Assembly (NCBI GenBank): GCA_051294375.1
Contig: JBJCIZ010000744.1
Location: 795,197-849,422 of the forward strand
DNA length: 54,226 nucleotides
DNA from: Paraspadella gotoi
Lineage: Eukaryota > Animalia > Chaetognatha
Direction: 5' to 3'
Numbering within the stretch: position 1 is the stretch's first letter; every line of letters starts with the position of its first letter. Made by a program: the position numbers and the translations under genes. The notes beneath the pieces were generated by a model. It was given only the letters and a program-made list of their open reading frames with translations, was not told where the DNA came from and ran no database searches. Positions 52,040 to 54,226 of the stretch are shown piece after piece.

Positions 52040-53174
52040 GCTGTAACCCTCTCCGCCTACCCTTACCCGAGGGTCCTGGGCCTCCTCGTTACATCTCCAT
52101 GCCTCAACCTAACCCGTAATCCGCCTGTTGATGCAATCACACCACGGGGAGAAGATTATACTATTACACCTTCCTTGGCCCTTCTTGATTAAAGAATTCG
52201 CGGTCACTCGAAAATTCTGAAAAAAACTTTTATCACTCTTATCAAAGATTGCCAGAAAGTAATGCCGAGCCGGCGTAACGACAATTATTCACTCTGTGAA
52301 CCGCCAGCTGCGTTGATTTCAGTGAGAACTGATTCAGTCTAACTGTTGTTCTTATCTTTTTTTGTTTAGCCGATTGTTTAGCTGACTGAGGCCTGATCGC
52401 AATATTTGTTACCAACTTGACGGGAGACCGTGGAAAGAGTAGTCTCACAATTACAAACGCATATTAATGAGCGTAGATCTGCTCACAGGGAAATTTGGTG
52501 CGCTGATTTGAATTGCTAAGTTGGTTCAGCTTTGCAAGAGTAGATTCAGATTGATATCAAATAAGTCTCATTTATCTTTAGAGAAGGCAGTTCTATTTGA
52601 AGTTGAAATCCTTTGGCATTCTTTGTAAATTTCGAGAGATCAGATCTTGAGGACTACTTCGAAAAAATAAACTTTAACATGTTGATCTGTTGTTTTTAAC
52701 TTTTTTTGTTTGACTGATTTGATCATAGGCGACCTATCGTCCGTGGATATAAAATAATAGTATCATTTTTTCTACTTATTTATTATTTACATTTGTCATG
52801 CAATGTATCCTTTTCTCTTTAATTCATTCATTCAGAATTATCCATTTGTGAACACGGTTGTGAATCCCTTCTTCTGACAATATAGTAAGAAATTAAAAAA
52901 AAAAGACAGTTAATTCTTTTTGACATATTTATATAGACATACAAATTTAACAATTGAAAAATAATAACCATAGCTAAAAAAAAATTACAAAAAATATTTA
53001 CATGGTATTATAACAATTCATTTCTGTCAAATACTAGTTTCTTCTTCTTCTTCTTCCTCTTCTCCCTCTCCATCTCCTTCCTTTACATCTCTCCTCGCCT
53101 CCTCCTCACTTCTCTCACCCACTCTCCAATCTTCACCCCCCTCGCTCTTCTTTCTTCTCCTTCTCCCTCCATAC

Positions 53175-53552
53175 CCGAAAACCCCAATGTCTCGTCTTTC
53201 CTCCTCCGCCGGTCGCCGCACGTGTTACAAGGCGCCGTGATTGGCGCCTTAAAGAGATGCGACGGCGCCCACGGACGACTAGCCCAGTTGCACGCCCATA
53301 CACGCTCGCGCATTGCCATTATTGTAGAATGCCTGTAGGAAACAACATATGTCAAGATGTTTGTATACTTAAAATTCATTTATCTACGTTTTCAATTTTT
53401 TTTTTGGCATTTAAAACATATCAATTTTTTACTCACATCAAACTGCCTCCGCGCAAAAGGATCTTCGATCCTCTTCTTTCTTCTCTTCCTCCTCCTCGGT
53501 GGTCATCGCATCATGGGCGTTCATTGTCGTCGTCGTTTCTTGAATTTCGAAT
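53175..53552 (-). other. Two candidate spliced exons (53552-53437 and ~53333-53175) of an unidentified minus-strand transcript
   Basis: GC-richer blocks bounded by TTTTTCAG|...|GTGAGT and TTTCCTACAG|...G|GTATGG, with a ~100-nt AT-rich intron-like spacer. The reading frame is unresolved. Confidence 0.35.
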
Positions 53553-54226
53553 CTGAAAAAGTATTCTGAGACAAATTAGGCAAATTTTGTGGCAAAAAAA
53601 AAAATTGCGTTTTGCGTGCNNNNNNNNNNNNNNNNNNNNNNNNNNNNNNNNNNNNNNNNNNNNNNNNNNNNNNNNNNNNNNNNNNNNNNNNNNNNNNNNN
53701 NNNNNNNNNNNNNNNNNNNNNNNNNNNNNNNNNNNNNNNNNNNNNNNNNNNNNNNNNNNNNNNNNNNNNNNNNNNNNNNNNNNNNNNNNNNNNNNNNNNN
53801 NNNNNNNNNNNNNNNNNNNNNNNNNNNNNNNNGACATCGCTATTTGAATGAACTACAACTTAGGTTATCATCACATCAATCCTTTGGTTATCATTGATGG
53901 GAGGCTCGATCCTATTCTTTTAAGATTTTTCTTTTTTTCTGTATTATTTATTTTTTGGTTTATGCTCCAAATAATTTGATTTTTTTTTCGATTTTGGTTG
54001 CTTAGCAGATTTAGTAAAGTCGACAAATTTTGCGGAATAATTTTCCACAAAATAGTGTCAACACGCGGAAAAAATGATTAAAAAATTGTCCTGATGCTTT
54101 AAGATAACGCAAAATGATGCGGTTTTTTAAGATTTAACAAGAAAAATAATTAGTTCAACTAATAAAACTATAAAAACAAATAAATTTAAAGTCGAAATGA
54201 AAAATAAACTACAATCACAAAAAATC

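Noticed and set aside
52200-52760. Moderately complex sequence that might be a decayed retroelement fragment
   Set aside because: I could read no convincing RT or endonuclease motif in any frame. A tBLASTx or HMM search would be needed.

Overview
This is AT-rich, microsatellite-dense eukaryotic DNA, probably from an invertebrate animal, taken from a gapped draft scaffold. It has no prokaryotic operons, CRISPR arrays, rRNA or tRNA genes that I can support. The clearest gene is an intronless 757-aa multipass membrane protein (29019-31292, minus strand) with XK-related (XKR/CED-8 scramblase family) motifs and an apparent second, degenerate XK-like module. A frameshifted, internally deleted tandem paralogue lies at 26008-27599. 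A probable mucin-like exon with WRPAP repeats lies at about 50913-51968. Mobile DNA comprises a full-length Ty3/Gypsy element with a tRNA-Trp primer site and CHCC-type Gag (CsRn1-like, 35375-40991), a second Gypsy pol remnant (about 47451-50230, minus), several fold-back/MITE DNA elements and a Helentron/DINE-like element. The first 23 kb is one ~9.5-kb segment present in forward, inverted and tandem copies. These copies are joined at exactly 25-N gaps and partly have raw long-read error patterns, so the giant palindrome is probably an assembly or haplotype artefact. The copies do differ by clean transposon presence/absence. I cannot demonstrate a new biological system from sequence alone. The best candidates are the double-module XK-like locus and the Gypsy element that sits at the boundary of an inverted duplication with no target-site duplication.
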